The position numbers and the translations under genes are program-made. From an uncultured Methanoregulaceae archaeon (GTDB lineage: Archaea; Halobacteriota; Methanomicrobia; Methanomicrobiales; Methanospirillaceae), in NCBI GenBank assembly GCA_963701095.1, contig OY969564.1, forward strand, positions 2,112,001-2,176,000: a stretch of DNA of 64,000 nucleotides, read 5' to 3'. Numbering within the stretch: position 1 is the first letter of the stretch; each line of letters begins with the position of its first letter. The notes under the pieces are model-generated. The model did no database searches, was not told the origin of the DNA, and was given only the letters and a program-made list of their open reading frames with translations. Positions 60,052 to 64,000 of this stretch are shown here, piece after piece.

Positions 60052-61611
60052 CTGATTGACAGAAGTGTTTTATCGAGGGCATACTTTGCACGGGAGCATG
60101 TTGCGCGCCACCAGCTTGACTCCTTTAACTATTTCCTGACTGAAAATCTTCAGAAAGTGGTAAATGAACAAAAGATCATCGAGACCGATATCGAGAACCG
60201 GGGCAGAAATAATGATCCGGTTTGGGTCGAACTCGGAAACATCGAAGTAAAAAAGCCGCTCGTGCGGGAAGCAGACGGATCGCAGGGTGAATTATATCCA
60301 TGCGAAGCCCGCCTGCGTAATCTTACCTATGCCGCGCCAATCCAGCTAGGACTGACACTGGTGCATGGCGAGGACCGGCAGGAACCCATTATCACAACAA
60401 TCGGACAGCTTCCGATCATGGTCGGCTCTGTTGCATGTAACCTATATGGCATGAGCGACGATGAACGCGTCTCCCATGGGGAGGATGCGTTTGACCCGGG
60501 AGCGTATTTCATTGTGAACGGTACTGAACGCGTGCTCATGACTCTTGAAGATCTTGCTTCCAACAAGATCATGACCGAGTTCACTGAACGGTATAATGAG
60601 CGGATCTACGTTGCAAAAGTGTTCTCGCAGTTCCGGGGATACCGCGCGCTTGTTGTTGTTGAACGGAATAAAAAGAACCTTCTGGAGGTTTCTTTCCCCT
60701 CGGTTGCCGGGCACCTTAAGTTCGTCGATCTGATGCGTGCTTTAGGTATGACCAACGACCAGGAAGTTGTCAATGCGGTTTCGACGGATGAAGATATCCT
60801 CACCTTCATGATGCAGAATCTCGAAGAAAGCGAATGTGATTCAGTTGATGGAGGAGTCATGTATGTGGGTAAAAAACTCGCACCTAACCAGACTAAAGAC
60901 TATCAGAAAAAACGCGCCGAGTTTGTCTTGGACAATTACCTGCTCCCGCATCTCAATTACGCACTTCCTGCCACTCTTAAGGAGGGCGACGAAGGATATG
61001 CCGAGGCAGTCGCGTCAGTGCGGCTTGCAAAAGCCCACTTCCTCGGTCGTATGGCCGAGGCTTGCTTCGACCTCGTCTTAAATAAACGCAGGATCGATGA
61101 TAAAGATCATTACTCCAATAAGAGACTCAAGCTGGCAGGAGACCTCATGGAAGATCTTTTCCGTATTTCGCTCAACCGTCTCACACGAGATATCAAGTAC
61201 CAGCTTGAAAGGGCGAGTATGCGGCACCGTGACCTGTCAATTGCAACGGCAGTAAGGGCAGATGTACTCACTGAACGGCTGCTCCATCCGCTTGCAACCG
61301 GTAACTGGGTTGGCGGAAGGACAGGTGTTTCCCAGCTCCTCGATCGCGTCGATCATATGGCGGTGCTCTCACACCTGCGCCGTGTTATCTCCCCCCTCTC
61401 TCGTTCCCAGCCCCATTTCGAAGCTCGTGATCTGCACCCGACCCAGTGGGGTAGGATTTGCCCAAGTGAGACCCCTGAAGGGCCGAATTGTGGTCTGGTG
61501 AAGAATTTCGCTCAAATGGTTGAGATAAGTAAAGGCGTCAGCGATGAAGAAGAGATCATGAGAATCCTGCACACGCTCGATGTTGAACGCATCAGGGGTG
61601 AAGCCCGATGA
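60052..61611 (+). CDS. rpoB2: RNA polymerase subunit B'' (Rpo2N); probable start CTG 60052
   Basis: HQLDSFN upstream of the track's GTG, EARLRNLTYAAP, DDKDHY.NKRL, ETPEGPNCGLVKN. Confidence 0.97.
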   Translation: MIDRSVLSRAYFAREHVARHQLDSFNYFLTENLQKVVNEQKIIETDIENRGRNNDPVWVELGNIEVKKPLVREADGSQGELYPCEARLRNLTYAAPIQLGLTLVHGEDRQEPIITTIGQLPIMVGSVACNLYGMSDDERVSHGEDAFDPGAYFIVNGTERVLMTLEDLASNKIMTEFTERYNERIYVAKVFSQFRGYRALVVVERNKKNLLEVSFPSVAGHLKFVDLMRALGMTNDQEVVNAVSTDEDILTFMMQNLEESECDSVDGGVMYVGKKLAPNQTKDYQKKRAEFVLDNYLLPHLNYALPATLKEGDEGYAEAVASVRLAKAHFLGRMAEACFDLVLNKRRIDDKDHYSNKRLKLAGDLMEDLFRISLNRLTRDIKYQLERASMRHRDLSIATAVRADVLTERLLHPLATGNWVGGRTGVSQLLDRVDHMAVLSHLRRVISPLSRSQPHFEARDLHPTQWGRICPSETPEGPNCGLVKNFAQMVEISKGVSDEEEIMRILHTLDVERIRGEAR

Positions 61612-63422
61612 AGAAATCGCGCGTCTTTGTCGACGGTGCATTAATCGGCCTTGTCGATGACCCAAAAACCCTTGTGGAAAATATCCGTTCCATGCGTCGC
61701 CAGGGCGCCATCTCATCGGAGGTCAATGTCTCGTTTAAAGATTTCAACGGTGATGTTGTCCTTCTCACGGACCGCGGCCGGGCACGCCGGCCTCTCATTG
61801 TTCTGAAAGATGGGAAAACTCTGATTAATGATGAAGATCTTAAAAAACTTGCCAAGGGCGAGACAGATTTTTCTTCTTTTGTGCAGCGTGGGCTGATAGA
61901 GTTCGTGGATGCTGAGGAAGAAGAAGATCTCCTTATCGCAATGAATCCGGCAAATATCACCCCGGTGCATACACACCTGGAGATTGATCCTTCACTGATC
62001 CTCGGTATCGGTGCAGCGCATGTTCCATTCCCGGAGCATAACGCCAGTCCCCGTGTTACGATGGGTGCAGGAATGGTCAAGCAGGCGCTTGGTTTTGGTG
62101 CGGCAAATATGAAACTCCGTCCTGATACCAGGGGCCATCTCCTCCATTACGTCCAGAAGCCGCTTACACACACTCAGACCTCCGAACTGATCGGGTCTGA
62201 CGATCGTCCTGCCGGGCAGAACTTTGTCGTTGCCATTCTCTCGTATGAAGGGTACAACATTGAAGATGCCCTCATCTTTAACAAAGCCTCTATTGACCGG
62301 GGTCTTGGGCGATCTCATTTCTTCAGGACTTATGAAGGTGAAGAGCGCCGGTACCCGGCGGTCAGATCGACCGCATCGAAGTGCCTGACGAGGATGTCAG
62401 TGGGGCTCACGGTGCAGAGTCTTATAAAAACCTCGACGAAGATGGTGTAATCAACCCGGAGACCATCGTTGCTGAAAAAGATGTATTGATCGGGAAAACT
62501 TCACCACCACGGTTCCTTGAAGAACCCTCTGGTGAGCTTATTGCCGTGGAGAAGCGCCGCGACACTTCTGTTACTATGCGTAGTAACGAGCACGGTATTG
62601 TCGATACAGTCATTATCACAGAAGGTGAAAACAGACTCCCGTCTGGTTAAAGTCCGCACCCGCGACTTACGTGTTCCGGAAATAGGCGACAAATTTGCAT
62701 CCAGACACGGACAGAAGGGTGTCATAGGCCTTATTGCAAGCCAGGAGGACATGCCGTTCACCGAAGCCGGGCTCTCCCCCGACCTTGTCATAAACCCGCA
62801 TGCTATACCGAGCCGGATGACTATAGGGCATATGCTCGAGATGATTGGCGGCAAAGTTGGCGCGCTGGAAGGCAGACGTATTAACGGCACGGCATTCAGC
62901 GGTGAAAGCGAAGCAGATCTGCGCGCATCACTCAAGAACCTTGGGTATTCCCATACCGGTCGCGAAGTGATGTATGATGGTATCACAGGCAAATCCTTCA
63001 AGGCGGATATCTATATCGGCGTGATTTACTATCAGAAATTATACCACATGGTTTCCTCAAAGATGCATGCACGGTCACGTGGTCCTGTTCAGGTTCTCAC
63101 CCGCCAGCCGACAGAAGGTCGTGCCCGTGAAGGCGGTCTCCGGTTTGGTGAGATGGAGAGGGATGTCATGATCGGCCACGGAGCAGCAATGGCCCTTAAG
63201 GAAAGGCTGCTCGATGAGTCGGATAAGGTTCAGGAATATGTCTGCGCTCATTGTGGTATGGTAGCGATGCTTGATCGCAAGCGCAACATGACCCGTTGCC
63301 TTGCATGTGGCAACGAAACTGACATCTACCCCGTAGAGATGAGTTATGCCTTCAAGCTCCTGCTTGATGAAATGAAAAGTATGGGGATAGCGCCCCGGCT
63401 GAGATTAGAGGACGTCGTTTAG
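61608..63422 (+). CDS. rpoB1: RNA polymerase subunit B' (Rpo2C), two frameshifts (~62358, ~62633)
   Basis: [50 protein letters not shown]. Confidence 0.97.
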
Positions 63423-63432
63423 GAGGTTCAAC

Positions 63433-64000
63433 ATGCCAAGCCCAAAAAGAATCGGAAAAATCGAGTTTGGATTGTTATCTCCCAAAGAGATACGGGAGAT
63501 GAGTGTTAGGAAGATCATCTGGGCTGACACCTACGATGATGATGGCTTCCCGTACCCCCAGGGCCTTATGGACTTAAACCTCGGGGTAATCGACCCGGGG
63601 CTTCGATGCAAGACCTGCGACCAGAAAGCAAGCGACTGCCCGGGACATTTCGGCCATATCGAACTTGCAAAACCAGTTATCCACGTCGGTTATACACGCC
63701 TTATCAGAAAACTGCTCCGTGTTACCTGCCGGTCATGTGGCCGGGTTCTCCTTTCCCCGGATGAAGTTGAAAAGGTAGTCGGTACTGATGAGGATCTGAC
63801 CGGAGACCAGATATCGGAAAAGGATGTTAAAAAAGAGCGTGTCTGTCCGCATTGCGGGGAACAGCAGCTCAAGATTAACTTCGAAAAGCCGACAACGTTC
63901 TCCGAAGTAATGATTGAGGAAGGCAAAAAAGTCGAGCACAAACTGACTCCCGCTGATATCCGTGCTAGACTCGAAAAAATCCCGGATGAAGATCTCATTC
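63433..64000 (+). CDS. rpoA1: RNA polymerase subunit A' (Rpo1N), runs off the right edge
   Basis: AGGAGGT SD; MPSPKRIGKIEFGLLSP, CKTC..CPGHFGHIELAKPV. Confidence 0.97.
   Translation, partial: MPSPKRIGKIEFGLLSPKEIREMSVRKIIWADTYDDDGFPYPQGLMDLNLGVIDPGLRCKTCDQKASDCPGHFGHIELAKPVIHVGYTRLIRKLLRVTCRSCGRVLLSPDEVEKVVGTDEDLTGDQISEKDVKKERVCPHCGEQQLKINFEKPTTFSEVMIEEGKKVEHKLTPADIRARLEKIPDEDLI

Noticed and set aside
62350..62650. Programmed frameshifting or further splitting of rpoB'
   Set aside because: Same pattern as the many other indels; single-base corrections restore a continuous RpoB'.

Overview
Archaeal chromosomal window, most likely from a hydrogenotrophic methanogen of the Methanomicrobiales (Methanoregula-like). 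This is inferred from gene content: egsA, geranylgeranyl reductase, split rpoB''/rpoB', the priS-gins-rpl44e-rps27e-aIF2alpha-nop10 cluster and many REC/PAS proteins. It is gene-dense, with about 70 CDS and three tRNAs (Gly, Pro, Lys), and no CRISPR array, rRNA, transposase or integrase. Many genes, including essential ones (fen, rpoB'), carry single-base indels, mostly at short homopolymers, so the assembly almost certainly has uncorrected long-read errors; split ORFs are treated as single genes. Most notable blocks: (1) a sulfur-relay/Fe-S cluster (nadA, two ubiquitin-like carriers, NcsA, FdhD, LarE, IscS/IscU, MoeB, MoaE) arranged around a Cys-rich HTH regulator and a perfect 16-bp palindrome, flanked by an Rsm22/METTL17-like methyltransferase; (2) a three-pilin operon ending in a ~1,450-aa pilin-adhesin with mosaic Ig-like repeats; (3) a receptor-type Ser/Thr kinase co-oriented with an HTH-FHA protein and a tiny zinc-finger protein, the best candidate for an undescribed signalling system; (4) a bacterial-type GSI-beta glnA carrying an archaeal NrpR operator. 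All calls come from motif recognition by eye; no searches were run.
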